Shown here piece after piece: positions 10,409 through 19,852 of a DNA stretch of 64,000 nt (its first letter is position 1; every line of letters begins with the position of its first letter). Under the pieces are notes generated by a model. It was not told the origin of the DNA and did not search any database. It saw nothing but the letters and a program-made list of their open reading frames with translations. Location of the stretch: NCBI GenBank assembly GCA_023227985.1, contig JALOCB010000002.1:10956-74955 (forward strand), written 5' to 3'. Both the position numbers and the translations under genes were made by a program. Source of the DNA: Candidatus Omnitrophota bacterium (GTDB lineage Bacteria; Omnitrophota; Gorgyraeia; Gygaellales; Profunditerraquicolaceae).

Positions 10409-10890
10409 TACTTAAAGGTAAAGCCCATAAATTCGGCGAGGATGTCAATACCGACGATATAATTTCGGCGAAATACCTGGTTTCCACGGATGCCAAGGAA
10501 TTGGGCAGCCGCTGTATGGAAGCGATCAGCCCGGATTTCGTCAAAAAGGTCCAGCCCGGGGATATTATCGTGGCCGGCAAGAATTTCGGCTGCGGGTCGT
10601 CCCGCGAGCACGCGCCTCTGGCGATAAAAGGATGCGGCATCTCGGCTGTTCTTGCCCCGAGTTTCGCGGCGATCTTTTACCGCAATGCCATAAATATCGG
10701 GTTGCCGTTCTTGACCCTGCCGGATACGAGCAGGATCAATGAAGGCGATGAGGTGCAGATCGACCTGAATAACGGCCTGATCAGGAATCTTACCCGAAAC
10801 GAAGAATATAAGACCCAGCCTTTCCCCCGGTTCCTGCAGGAGCTGGTTGCCAAAGGCGGGTTGATGAATTATATAAAAGAGCGTCGGTAA
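10405..10890 (+). CDS. leuD: 3-isopropylmalate dehydratase small subunit
   Basis: 161 aa aconitase swivel domain ([14 protein letters not shown]); 4-nt overlap with leuC. Confidence 0.85.
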   Translation: MILKGKAHKFGEDVNTDDIISAKYLVSTDAKELGSRCMEAISPDFVKKVQPGDIIVAGKNFGCGSSREHAPLAIKGCGISAVLAPSFAAIFYRNAINIGLPFLTLPDTSRINEGDEVQIDLNNGLIRNLTRNEEYKTQPFPRFLQELVAKGGLMNYIKERR

Positions 10891-10911
10891 TACAAACCTA
10901 ATGAGGAAAAT

Positions 10912-11961
10912 ATGTATAAAATAGCGGTAATACCCGGAGACGGGACAGGTCCGGAAGTGGTCGCGGAAGGGATGAAAGTCCTGGACGCGGCTTCAAAAAA
11001 GTTCGGTTTCAAATATGAATCCAAGGCCTTTGATCTCGGCGGGACGCGTTATTTAAAGACCGGCAAGACCGTTGAAGATGCGGATGTCGAAGAGTTGAAG
11101 AAATATTCGGCGATATTCCTGGGGGCTATCGGCCATCCTGAAGTAAAACCCGGGATACTGGAAACCGGCGTGCTTTTGAAATTACGCTTCGCACTGGACC
11201 AGTATATCAACCTGCGCCCGGTGAAATTGTACAATCCTGCGTATTGCCCGCTTAAAGATAAGAAGCCTGAAGACATCGATTTTGTGGTCGTGCGCGAGAA
11301 TTCCGAAGGCCTGTATAAAGGGATGGGCGAGTTCAAGGATAAAGGGACCATGGATGAAGTGGCTATCCAGATATCCTATAATACCCGCAAGGGCGTGGAG
11401 CGCTGCATCCGTTACGCCTTTGAGTTCTGCCGCAAACGCAATAAAAGGAAGAAGCTGACCCTGTGCGGTAAGACCAATGTTTTGACCTATGCCTGGGATC
11501 TCTGGGAAAGGACCTTTAACGAGGTGGCCAAGGAATACAAAGATATTACCACTGATTACGCGCATGTGGACGCCACAACTATGTGGTTCGTGAAGAATCC
11601 CGAATGGTTTGACGTGATCGTTACCGATAATATATTCGGGGACATAATCACCGATCTGGGCGCGATGATCCAGGGCGGAATGGGCATTGCCGCGGGCGGG
11701 AATATCAATCCCCAGGGCGTTTCTATGTTCGAGCCTATCGGAGGCTCTGCTCCTAAATATACCGGCAAAAACGTGATCAATCCTCTGGCGGCCATCTGCG
11801 CCGCAGGGATGTTGTTGGAGAACCTGGGCGAGGTAAAAGCCGCCAAGGCTATCGAGGATGCGGTGATCGGCATCTGCAATAAAGACCTGAAATCTCTGGC
11901 CGCCGGTAAAATGGGTTATTCCACACAGGAGATCGGCGACCTGGTCGTAAAAAAATTATAG
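10912..11961 (+). CDS. leuB: 3-isopropylmalate dehydrogenase (isocitrate/isopropylmalate dehydrogenase family)
   Basis: 349 aa; [14 protein letters not shown]-terminus, [12 protein letters not shown] motif; follows leuCD. Confidence 0.8.
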   Translation: MYKIAVIPGDGTGPEVVAEGMKVLDAASKKFGFKYESKAFDLGGTRYLKTGKTVEDADVEELKKYSAIFLGAIGHPEVKPGILETGVLLKLRFALDQYINLRPVKLYNPAYCPLKDKKPEDIDFVVVRENSEGLYKGMGEFKDKGTMDEVAIQISYNTRKGVERCIRYAFEFCRKRNKRKKLTLCGKTNVLTYAWDLWERTFNEVAKEYKDITTDYAHVDATTMWFVKNPEWFDVIVTDNIFGDIITDLGAMIQGGMGIAAGGNINPQGVSMFEPIGGSAPKYTGKNVINPLAAICAAGMLLENLGEVKAAKAIEDAVIGICNKDLKSLAAGKMGYSTQEIGDLVVKKL

Positions 11962-11981
11962 AGATAAAAGGGGAAACACAT

Positions 11982-13007
11982 ATGAAAAAGAAGGAAAAAT
12001 ATAATATTGCGGTAGTGGGCGCGGGCGCGGTGGGTATAGAGATGCTGCGCTGCCTGAAGGATCGTAAATTCCCGGTTGACCGGTTAAAGATACTGGCGCG
12101 CTCTTCACGGGAGATGGAAGTGGACGGCGCGAAATACCAGGTGTCCGCGATATCCCCGGAAGCCTTTGAGGGAGTTGATATCGCGTTGTTCGCCGGCACT
12201 GAGGGCGAAAAAGGCGCGTCAGTCACCTATGCGGTCGAGGCGGTAAAAAGAGGCGCGGTGGTGATCGATAACGGAGCGGATTTCCGGATGGACCCGGATG
12301 TGCCTTTGGTCGTCCCCGAGGTGAACGCCAAGGATATCAAGAGGCATAAAGGCATAATCGCCAATCCCAATTGTTCGACTATCCAGATGGTCGTGGCTTT
12401 AAGCCCGATCCATAAGAAGGCCGGCATTAAAAGGGTCATAGTTACGACCCTGCAGGCTGCATCAGGAGCGGGAAAGGCTGCAGTAGAGCAGTTAAAAGAT
12501 GAATTAAAGCAGATCGCCGGCAGTGATTACCGGAATATTCAGGCGGATGTCGCCAGTAAAGTTATGCCGCAGCAACTAGCTTATAATGTGTTTCCCCAGA
12601 TCGGCGGGTTCGCGGATTTTGATTTTACCAGCGAGGAATGGAAACTGGTCAAAGAGACCCATAAGATAATGGGCGATAAAAAGATCAAGGTCTCGGCTAC
12701 CACTGTAAGGGTGCCGGTGCGCATAGGGCATTCCGAGGCTGTCTATATCGAGACTAAAAAGACGATCGCGCCTGAGGCGGTCAAGGAGCTGCTTTCCAAT
12801 TCTCCGGGCATTGTCGTGATTGACGATTCCAGGAAGAGCCTTTATCCTATGCCTAAGGATGTAGAAGGCAAGTATGATACTTATGTCGGCCGCATCCGCC
12901 AGGATCCGTTCGTCAAGAACGGCCTTTGGTTATGGGTGGTCGCGGATAACCTTTTAAAAGGCGCGGCTTCCAACACCATTCAGATCGCTGAAGAACTGAT
13001 CCGTTAA
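11982..13007 (+). CDS. asd: aspartate-semialdehyde dehydrogenase
   Basis: 341 aa; NAD-binding VVGAGAVG, active site ANPNCST. Confidence 0.9.
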   Translation: MKKKEKYNIAVVGAGAVGIEMLRCLKDRKFPVDRLKILARSSREMEVDGAKYQVSAISPEAFEGVDIALFAGTEGEKGASVTYAVEAVKRGAVVIDNGADFRMDPDVPLVVPEVNAKDIKRHKGIIANPNCSTIQMVVALSPIHKKAGIKRVIVTTLQAASGAGKAAVEQLKDELKQIAGSDYRNIQADVASKVMPQQLAYNVFPQIGGFADFDFTSEEWKLVKETHKIMGDKKIKVSATTVRVPVRIGHSEAVYIETKKTIAPEAVKELLSNSPGIVVIDDSRKSLYPMPKDVEGKYDTYVGRIRQDPFVKNGLWLWVVADNLLKGAASNTIQIAEELIR

Positions 13008-13010
13008 AAT

Positions 13011-13088
13011 CCGGGACGGTTCTCAACTGCATCTAAAAGTGTTCCCCCTATGGGGACAGTTTTGTTTGGGTTTGAGGACCGTCCCTGC
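13011..13088 (+). repeat. family C palindromic element (short copy) with GGGACGGTTC terminal inverted repeats, asd-truA spacer
   Basis: CCGGGACGGTTCTCAA ... TTGAGGACCGTCCCTG (1 mismatch) flanking 50 bp. Confidence 0.6.
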
Positions 13089-13094
13089 TAAATT

Positions 13095-13835
13095 ATGCGT
13101 AATATAAGCCTTACTCTGCAATATGAGGGGACAAGGTATAACGGCTGGCAGCGCCAGCGCAATACGCGTAATACTATCCAGGAGATAGCCGAGAAAACTC
13201 TTTCCCGGATACTGCAATCAAAAATATCTTTGATCGCCTGCGGCAGGACGGACGCCGGGGTGCATGCCCAACAGCAAACCGTTAATTTCAAGACTAAGAA
13301 TCCTATCCCCTTAAACAATCTCAAAAAGGCTTTAAATTCGCTTTTGCCTGACGATATAAAAGTCAGCGCTGCGCGGATTGTCCCCGCGGATTTCCACAGC
13401 CAGTATTCCTGCCTTTCCAAAACATACTGTTATACCATTCTAAACCGCGATCATCCTGACGTATTCCAGCGCGGCCGGGTTTACTTTTATCCGCACCGCC
13501 TTGATTTCGCGGCGATGCGCAAGGCCAGCCGGTTCCTGGCCGGGAAACACGATTTTTCTTCTTTTAAGAAAACAGAGATCAGAGGGCCTAAGACCAATGT
13601 GCGCGATATCCGCAGCATCCGCTTGAAGAAAAAGAACGGGTTTATCTATATTGAGATCACCGCCAAGGGTTTTTTGTATAATATGGTCCGGAATATAGCC
13701 GGGACTCTTATTGAGGTCGGCAGGGGTAAAATACGGATAAGCGACCTGCCCGGGATATTATCCGCTAAGGACAGGAGCGCTGCCGGGCCTACTGCCCCGG
13801 CCTGCGGTTTATGTTTGATTAAAGCGAGGTTTTAA
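13095..13835 (+). CDS. truA: tRNA pseudouridine(38-40) synthase TruA
   Basis: 246 aa; YEGTRYNGWQRQ and GRTDAGVHA catalytic Asp motif. Confidence 0.85.
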   Translation: MRNISLTLQYEGTRYNGWQRQRNTRNTIQEIAEKTLSRILQSKISLIACGRTDAGVHAQQQTVNFKTKNPIPLNNLKKALNSLLPDDIKVSAARIVPADFHSQYSCLSKTYCYTILNRDHPDVFQRGRVYFYPHRLDFAAMRKASRFLAGKHDFSSFKKTEIRGPKTNVRDIRSIRLKKKNGFIYIEITAKGFLYNMVRNIAGTLIEVGRGKIRISDLPGILSAKDRSAAGPTAPACGLCLIKARF

Positions 13836-13880
13836 TATATAATAAACCCGTGTTTCGCGCGTTCGATCACTTTATCCTGA

Positions 13881-15122
13881 ATGAAAATGAAAAATAATGT
13901 TTTGACATTTATTATGGCCGGAGGCAAGGGGGAAAGGCTTTGGCCTTTGACCAAAGACCGGACCAAGCCCGCTGTGCCTTTCGGGGGGATATACCGGATA
14001 ATCGATTTTCCTTTGAGCAACTGCATTAATTCCGGCCTGCGCAAGGTTTACGTGCTTACCCAGTATAAATCCGCTTCTTTACAACGGCATATACGTCTGG
14101 GCTGGAATATCCTTTCTTCGGAATTGAACGAATATATCGAACTCCTGCCGGCGCAGCAGCGGGTAGGAGATACCTGGTATCTGGGAACGGCTGACGCGAT
14201 ATACCAGAACCTGAATACCATGGATATCGACCGGCCGGATGATGTGTTGATCCTTGCCGGAGACCATGTTTACAAGATGAATTATTCGGCAATGGTCGAT
14301 TTTCACCGCCAGTCCAAGGCGGACATTACCTTGAGCGTGGTCGAGATGGATCAGGCAAAATCCGAACACTTCGGCGTGGTGGAGGTGGACAACCAGTCAA
14401 GGGTGTGCGGTTTTCAGGAAAAACCCCATTCCCCTCATACGATCCCCGGACAGCCGGGAAAGATATACGCTTCTATGGGTATATATATATTCCGGCATCA
14501 GGCGCTTAAAGAGGAGCTTTTAGAGGACGCGCATATGGATAATTCCCAGCATGATTTCGGCAAAGATATCATACCCCGGATGGTCAAGAAGGGCGCGAAG
14601 GTTATGGCGTATAATTTTATAGATGAGAACAGGAAAGAAGCCAAATACTGGCGGGATATCGGTGCTATCGACGCCTATTACGAGGCGAATATGGACTTGA
14701 TCGATGTTGCCCCGGTTTTTAATCTCTATGATAAAAACTGGCCTATCCGCACTTATCAGGAACAGTTCCCCCCGGCCAAGACCGTGTTTGCCGGGGAGGA
14801 GATCACCGGCAGGGTGGGGCTTGCCCTGGATTCCCTGGTTTCCGGAGGGAGCATAATCAGCGGCGGCCAGGTAAAACGCTCGATACTTTCCCCTAATGTG
14901 AGGATCAACAGCTTTTGCCGGGTGGACGATTCCATATTGATGGAAGGGGTGAATGTCGGCAGGTACGCCAGGATAAAGCGCAGCATAATCGACAAGGACG
15001 TGAATATCCCCGAAGGAACGGTAATAGGTTACGATCCGGATGAGGACCGCAAGCGGTTCTATGTCACTGAATCCGGCATTGTGGTGGTGGCCAAGAAAAC
15101 CGAGATAAGGGAGAGAGAATGA
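13881..15122 (+). CDS. glgC: glucose-1-phosphate adenylyltransferase
   Basis: 413 aa; IMAGGKGERLWPLT nucleotidyl-transferase motif, C-terminal left-handed beta-helix region. Confidence 0.85.
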   Translation: MKMKNNVLTFIMAGGKGERLWPLTKDRTKPAVPFGGIYRIIDFPLSNCINSGLRKVYVLTQYKSASLQRHIRLGWNILSSELNEYIELLPAQQRVGDTWYLGTADAIYQNLNTMDIDRPDDVLILAGDHVYKMNYSAMVDFHRQSKADITLSVVEMDQAKSEHFGVVEVDNQSRVCGFQEKPHSPHTIPGQPGKIYASMGIYIFRHQALKEELLEDAHMDNSQHDFGKDIIPRMVKKGAKVMAYNFIDENRKEAKYWRDIGAIDAYYEANMDLIDVAPVFNLYDKNWPIRTYQEQFPPAKTVFAGEEITGRVGLALDSLVSGGSIISGGQVKRSILSPNVRINSFCRVDDSILMEGVNVGRYARIKRSIIDKDVNIPEGTVIGYDPDEDRKRFYVTESGIVVVAKKTEIRERE

Positions 15123-15586
15123 AAAACGCGCAGGTGAGGAAGGCGAATATAAAGGATATAAAGCAGATACAGGGGTTGATAAATTATTTTGCTAAGCATG
15201 ACCTGATGCTGCCCCGTTCGTTGAATGAGTTGTACGAGAATATACGGGATTTCTGGGTCATCGACCTCAAAGGAAAGATCCTGGGCTGCGCCGCGGTGCA
15301 TATATCCTGGGATGATCTGGTGGAGATCAAGTCGGTGGCAGTGGATAAGGATCACCATAAGAAAGGCCTGGGCTTGCTGCTTTTAGGCGAATGCTTAAAG
15401 GAATCAAGGTCCCTGGGAGCCAAAAGGGTGTTTGTCCTGACCTATGCCCCGGATTTTTTCCGCAAGGCCGGATTCCGCAAGATCGAGCATTCGGCGCTGC
15501 CGCATAAGATATGGGCCGAATGCATCAACTGCCCGAAATTCCCGGATTGCAAGGAGACCGCGCTTTTAAAAAATATTGCAAAATAG
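15119..15586 (+). CDS. GNAT family N-acetyltransferase (short N-acetylglutamate-synthase-like)
   Basis: 155 aa; acetyl-CoA-binding Q/RxxGxG/A-like segment HKKGLGLLLL and a C-terminal CxxCxxxxxC cluster; overlaps glgC stop. Confidence 0.55.
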   Translation: MKNAQVRKANIKDIKQIQGLINYFAKHDLMLPRSLNELYENIRDFWVIDLKGKILGCAAVHISWDDLVEIKSVAVDKDHHKKGLGLLLLGECLKESRSLGAKRVFVLTYAPDFFRKAGFRKIEHSALPHKIWAECINCPKFPDCKETALLKNIAK

Positions 15587-15663
15587 AACAGGTATAGTAT
15601 AATTAAGTGTTTTTATATCAAAAGTGTTATGGGGTTGGGATTTGAGGCGGTATTAATATGACT

Positions 15664-15808
15664 GACACCCGCGCAATGGCACCCGACTTTATTGGAATAA
15701 GTCGGTGTGTGCTCGGTAGCACAGAATATGTGCCGGTGTGGTATCTTGAAAAATAGACACCCGGACCAATCGGAATATGGTCCGGTGTCGCATAGGTATG
15801 CGAGGAGG
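15664..15808 (+). repeat. family A palindromic units (ACACCCGN...caatNggaat...NCCGGTGT) ending in GCATAGGTATGC hairpin + GAGGAGG SD upstream of the acyl-CoA dehydrogenase gene
   Basis: GACACCCGGACC-aatcggaatat-GGTCCGGTGTC then GCATaggtATGC, GAGGAGG, ATG 15814; related half-units further upstream. Confidence 0.65.
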
Positions 15809-15813
15809 TTTGA

Positions 15814-16968
15814 ATGTTGGATTATTTGTTGACTGATGAACAGAAAATGATCAAGGAACTGGCCCATAAGATCGCCGAGGAAAAGGTCAGGCCGGTGGCA
15901 GCAAAGCACGATAAAACCGAGGAATTCCCCTGGGAGATTTTGAAGGTTATCGGGGAATCCGATCTTTTCGGATTGTTCATTCCCGAGGAATACGGCGGGA
16001 TGGGCGTTAATGTGCTCAACCTTTGTCTGGCTACCGAAGAATTATCCCGCGCCTGCGGCGGCATCGCGGTCTGCTATGCGGCTTCGGCTTTGGGGACATT
16101 CCCGATAGTATTGTTCGGCAATGACGAGCAGAAAAAGAAATACCTGCCGGACCTGGCCAGGGGGACCAAGATAGCGGCATTCGGCCTTACTGAGCCTGAG
16201 GCGGGTTCAGATGCCGGCGCGATCAAGACCACTGCCAGAAAAGAAGGCGATCATTACGTATTGAACGGGACAAAGCATTTTATCACCAACGGCGGCGAGG
16301 CTCAGACTTATACCGTGGTGGCGATGACCAATAAGGCTAAAGGGGCTCGCGGGGCCAGCGCTTTTATCGTGGAAAAAGGGACTAAAGGATTTACCTTCGG
16401 CAAGAAAGAAGATAAGATGGGTATCCGCGCCTCGATCACCCAGGAACTGGTCTTTAACGAATGCAAGATTCCCAAAGAGAACCTGCTTTCCAAGGAAGGC
16501 ATGGGTTTTATCGTGACAATGAAAACATTCGATATGTCCCGCCCCGGCGTTGCGGCGCAGGCCTTAGGTATAGCGCAGGGCGCGATGGAGCTGGCGGTAA
16601 AGTATGCCAAGCAAAGGCACCAGTTCGGCAAATCCATCTCCAGTTTTCAGGGGATACAGTGGATGCTGGCGGATATGGCCACTGAGATAGAGGCGGCCAG
16701 GGCATTGGTTTATTCTTCGGCCAGGATGGTGGACGCCGGAGTAAAAGACGTGGGCAGCGCCTCGGCGATGGCCAAGCTTTACGCCTCGGACGTGGCTATG
16801 AGGGTGACTAACGACGCTATCCAGATATTCGGCGGGTACGGTTATATGAAGGATTATCCGATCGAAAAATATATGCGTGACGCGAAGATCACTCAGATAT
16901 ACGAGGGTACCAACCAGATCCAGCGCAATATCATCGGTCTGCAGTTGATAAAAGATCTGGCCAAGTGA
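15814..16968 (+). CDS. acyl-CoA dehydrogenase (butyryl-CoA dehydrogenase-like)
   Basis: 384 aa ACAD fold; GFGLTEPEAGSD, catalytic Glu near C-terminus (IYEGTNQIQR); followed by etfBA. Confidence 0.85.
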   Translation: MLDYLLTDEQKMIKELAHKIAEEKVRPVAAKHDKTEEFPWEILKVIGESDLFGLFIPEEYGGMGVNVLNLCLATEELSRACGGIAVCYAASALGTFPIVLFGNDEQKKKYLPDLARGTKIAAFGLTEPEAGSDAGAIKTTARKEGDHYVLNGTKHFITNGGEAQTYTVVAMTNKAKGARGASAFIVEKGTKGFTFGKKEDKMGIRASITQELVFNECKIPKENLLSKEGMGFIVTMKTFDMSRPGVAAQALGIAQGAMELAVKYAKQRHQFGKSISSFQGIQWMLADMATEIEAARALVYSSARMVDAGVKDVGSASAMAKLYASDVAMRVTNDAIQIFGGYGYMKDYPIEKYMRDAKITQIYEGTNQIQRNIIGLQLIKDLAK

Positions 16969-16981
16969 TCCAAGGAGGGTA

Positions 16982-17356
16982 ATGGATAACGTACCCGAAA
17001 GAAGGAAATTCACCAGGGCGCTTTTATTCGCGGAGATCATCTTTAAGCGCAGGAAAACGCCGGATGAACCCGGACAGGTTTCAATAACCCGGAATATCGG
17101 CCGGGGAGGGTTGTGCATTATTTCCAGTATCAAGCTGGATGACGGAGAGATATTGGACCTGAGCATATCACTGCCTCAGGAAGATAAAGCGATCGAGGTC
17201 GCCAGCAGGGTGGTCTGGGTAAAAGAGTATACAATAAGCGAGACTATACAGGCAAAAAGATATACTGTGGGGGTGGAGTTTTTTGGCGGCAGCGAGCTGG
17301 CGATGGAAAAGATCGACCGCTATATAGCCAGCCACAACAACCCGGGAAAATCATGA
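16982..17356 (+). CDS. PilZ domain protein (putative c-di-GMP receptor)
   Basis: 124 aa; RRKFTR (RxxxR) and NIGRGG (D/N-x-S/G-x-G-G) PilZ signature motifs; 4-nt ATGA overlap with etfB start. Confidence 0.65.
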   Translation: MDNVPERRKFTRALLFAEIIFKRRKTPDEPGQVSITRNIGRGGLCIISSIKLDDGEILDLSISLPQEDKAIEVASRVVWVKEYTISETIQAKRYTVGVEFFGGSELAMEKIDRYIASHNNPGKS

Positions 17357-18150
17357 ACATAATCATTTGCATCAAGCAGGTTCCGGAAACAACAGAGGTC
17401 AGGATCAATCCCCAGACCAATACCTTGATCCGTGACGGGGTCAAATCAATTATCAACCCTTTTGATATGTACGCCATCGAAGAAGGCGTGCGGCTTAAGG
17501 AGCGGTTCGGCGGAAAGATCGTGGTGGTAACTATGGGCCCGCCGCAGGCTGAAGCCGCTTTGCGCGAAGCCATATCTATGGGCTGCGACGAGGCTATTCT
17601 GGTATCCGACCGCGCGTTCGCAGGAAGCGATACCTGGGCTACCAGCTATACCTTATCCTGCGCCATAAAAAGGATCGCCAAAGAGGCCGGCGGCATGGAC
17701 CTGGTGATCTGCGGAAAGCAGGCGTCCGACGGTGACACGGCGCAGGTAGGGCCGGGGATCTCCACGCACCTGGACATCCCCCAGATAACCTATGTCAAGA
17801 AGATCGAAGAGATAAAAGAAAAAAAGGCGCGGGTGGAAAGAATGACCGAAGAAGGCTATGACGTAATGGAAGCCCCCCTCCCGGCATTATTTACGGTAGT
17901 CAAAGAGATCAATCAGCCGCGCATACCTTCTTTGAAAGGGATGATGAAGGCCAAATCCGCGAAGATTACCCATTGGACGGCCAAGGATATTGACGCGGAT
18001 CCCCAGAACCTGGGGCTTTCCGGATCGCCTACGAACGTGGTAAGGATATTCACTCCGCCGCAGCGCCAGGGCGGCCAGATGCTTGCCGGGGAGACTCCGG
18101 AAATTGTTGAGAAACTGGCGGGATTAATCAAAAGCGAGATAATAGGGTAA
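17353..18150 (+). CDS. etfB: electron transfer flavoprotein beta subunit
   Basis: 265 aa; MNIIICIKQVPET start and EtfB fold motifs. Confidence 0.85.
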   Translation: MNIIICIKQVPETTEVRINPQTNTLIRDGVKSIINPFDMYAIEEGVRLKERFGGKIVVVTMGPPQAEAALREAISMGCDEAILVSDRAFAGSDTWATSYTLSCAIKRIAKEAGGMDLVICGKQASDGDTAQVGPGISTHLDIPQITYVKKIEEIKEKKARVERMTEEGYDVMEAPLPALFTVVKEINQPRIPSLKGMMKAKSAKITHWTAKDIDADPQNLGLSGSPTNVVRIFTPPQRQGGQMLAGETPEIVEKLAGLIKSEIIG

Positions 18151-18159
18151 ATAAAAACT

Positions 18160-19362
18160 ATGGGAATCCAGATCATCGATGATAAGTGCGTGGGATGCGG
18201 TTTGTGCGTTAAGGCCTGCCCGTTCGGGGCCGTTACTTCCGTAAACAAGAAAGCGATTATCGACCTGCATAAATGCAATCTCTGCGGGGCGTGCGTGCCG
18301 GCCTGCAAGTTCAAGGCCATATTGCTGGAAAAGCCTCAGGCTGTCCAGGCCAAGAAAGACCTCAGCGTTTATAAAGGGGTATGGGTGTTTGCCGAGCAGA
18401 AAAAGGGCAAAGTCCAGTCGGTTTCTTTTGAGCTGGTAGGCAAGGCCAGGGAGTTGGCGCAGAAATTGAATACCAGCGTTTCGGCGGTTCTTTTAGGAAG
18501 CAATGTCGAGATGGGCGCGCAGGAATTGATCGCCGGCGGCGCGGATAATGTTTACCTGGTGGATTCCCCGGAGTTGGCAAATTTCCTGGATGAGCCGTAT
18601 ACCAACGTATTGGTGAAATTGATCCAGAAATACAAACCGGAGATCGTCTTAAGCGGGGCTACGATAATCGGCAGGTCGCTGATGTCCAGGATCGCCATTA
18701 AGATCGACGCCGGGCTTACCGCGGATTGCACCGGATTGGATATTGATCCGGACAGGAAACTGCTTTTGCAGACCAGGCCTGCTTTCGGCGGAAACATTAT
18801 GGCTACGATCATCAGCCCGAATCACCGGCCGCAGATGTCCACGGTAAGGCATAAGGTTTTTGTCCAGCCGGCATTAGAGAAGCAGAGAAAAGGCAAGGTT
18901 ATTAAAGAGTCATTCCCGATCTCGGAATTTTCTTCCCGGACCTCGCTCATCGATGTCATTGAGGAAGTGGAGAACCTGGTGAATTTATCCGAAGCGGATA
19001 TCATAGTTTCCGGAGGAAGGGCCCTGGGCGGCCCGGATAATTTTCAGATGTTAAGGGACCTGGCCCAGGTATTAGGCGCGGCAGTGGGCTCTTCGCGCGC
19101 GGCGGTGGATGCCGGATGGATACCATATTCCCATCAGGTCGGCCAGACCGGAAGGACCGTGGCCCCTAAGCTTTATTTCGCCTGCGGTATATCCGGACAG
19201 ATCCAGCATCTGGTAGGTATGCAGTCCTCCAAGGTGATCATTGCGATCAATAAAGATCCTGATGCGCCTATATTCAAAGTGGCTACGTATGGTATTGTGG
19301 GGGACATCTTCGAGATAGTGCCGGCTTTGACCAAAAAATTCAAGGAAGTCTTGAGAAAATAA
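18160..19362 (+). CDS. etfA: electron transfer flavoprotein alpha subunit with N-terminal 2x[4Fe-4S] ferredoxin domain
   Basis: 400 aa; two CxxCxxCxxxCP motifs (CVGCGLCVKACP, CNLCGACVPAC) followed by EtfA FAD-binding domain (SGQIQHLVGM). Confidence 0.85.
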   Translation: MGIQIIDDKCVGCGLCVKACPFGAVTSVNKKAIIDLHKCNLCGACVPACKFKAILLEKPQAVQAKKDLSVYKGVWVFAEQKKGKVQSVSFELVGKARELAQKLNTSVSAVLLGSNVEMGAQELIAGGADNVYLVDSPELANFLDEPYTNVLVKLIQKYKPEIVLSGATIIGRSLMSRIAIKIDAGLTADCTGLDIDPDRKLLLQTRPAFGGNIMATIISPNHRPQMSTVRHKVFVQPALEKQRKGKVIKESFPISEFSSRTSLIDVIEEVENLVNLSEADIIVSGGRALGGPDNFQMLRDLAQVLGAAVGSSRAAVDAGWIPYSHQVGQTGRTVAPKLYFACGISGQIQHLVGMQSSKVIIAINKDPDAPIFKVATYGIVGDIFEIVPALTKKFKEVLRK

Positions 19363-19521
19363 TCCCGTCTAACGCCTCAATCCTGTAAAACCCTTCATGT
19401 AGTGATCTGCACACCTTTGCATATTTTAGCATAATTATGTTCTGTTATAGCTAACTATGGCTATAATGTGTCCTTTAAGCTTCTGGTTGTATGTCTATGT
19501 TAAGATATGTAAATATTTTCC

Positions 19522-19550
19522 TTGACAAAAAACATCTTTTTCTTTATAAT
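19522..19550 (+). promoter_or_regulatory. sigma70-type promoter, exact consensus TTGACA-17-TATAAT, driving the small HTH gene (and possibly smc)
   Basis: TTGACA 19522-19527, 17-nt spacer, TATAAT 19545-19550, in an AT-rich spacer. Confidence 0.7.
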
Positions 19551-19577
19551 TGAAACAAGTAAGTTTTGTTTAAACGT

Positions 19578-19652
19578 GACACCCAACTTAATCGGCACCT
19601 TGCCTTAGGGTATAGGCAAGTATCCCGCTCTCTGCGGGAAAAAGTTGGTGTT
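19578..19652 (+). repeat. family A-type structured element in the 5' leader of the HTH gene
   Basis: Outer stem ACACCCAACTT/AAGTTGGTGTT enclosing AATCGG, CCTTGCC/GGCAAG and CCCGC-tctct-GCGGG hairpins. Confidence 0.55.
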
Positions 19653-19675
19653 AAGTCCGTACTTAAGGAAAACAT

Positions 19676-19852
19676 ATGTTCGCGAATGACCTGATGACAA
19701 TAGAAGACTTGGCAGCTTACCTTAAAGTAAGCCGCCGGACTATTTATGAATGGCTCAAGCAGAATAAGGTCCCGGCGTTAAAGATCGTCGGGCAATGGCG
19801 TTTTAAAAAAGATAAAATAGATTCATGGATGGAAGCGCAGGCCCATGCATAG
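19676..19852 (+). CDS. small helix-turn-helix DNA-binding protein (excisionase/MerR-like HTH_17 family)
   Basis: 58 aa below the ORF-track cutoff; LMTIEDLAAYLKVSRRTIYEWLKQNKVPALKIVGQWRF matches excisionase-family HTH; AAGGAA SD 7 nt upstream; exact consensus promoter upstream. Confidence 0.6.
   Translation: MFANDLMTIEDLAAYLKVSRRTIYEWLKQNKVPALKIVGQWRFKKDKIDSWMEAQAHA

Noticed and set aside
16461-17166. ORFs overlapping the 3' end of the acyl-CoA dehydrogenase gene (74 aa plus-strand, 65 and 200 aa minus-strand)
   Set aside because: They are antisense or alternative-frame ORFs within a strongly supported ACAD gene, with no independent start signals.
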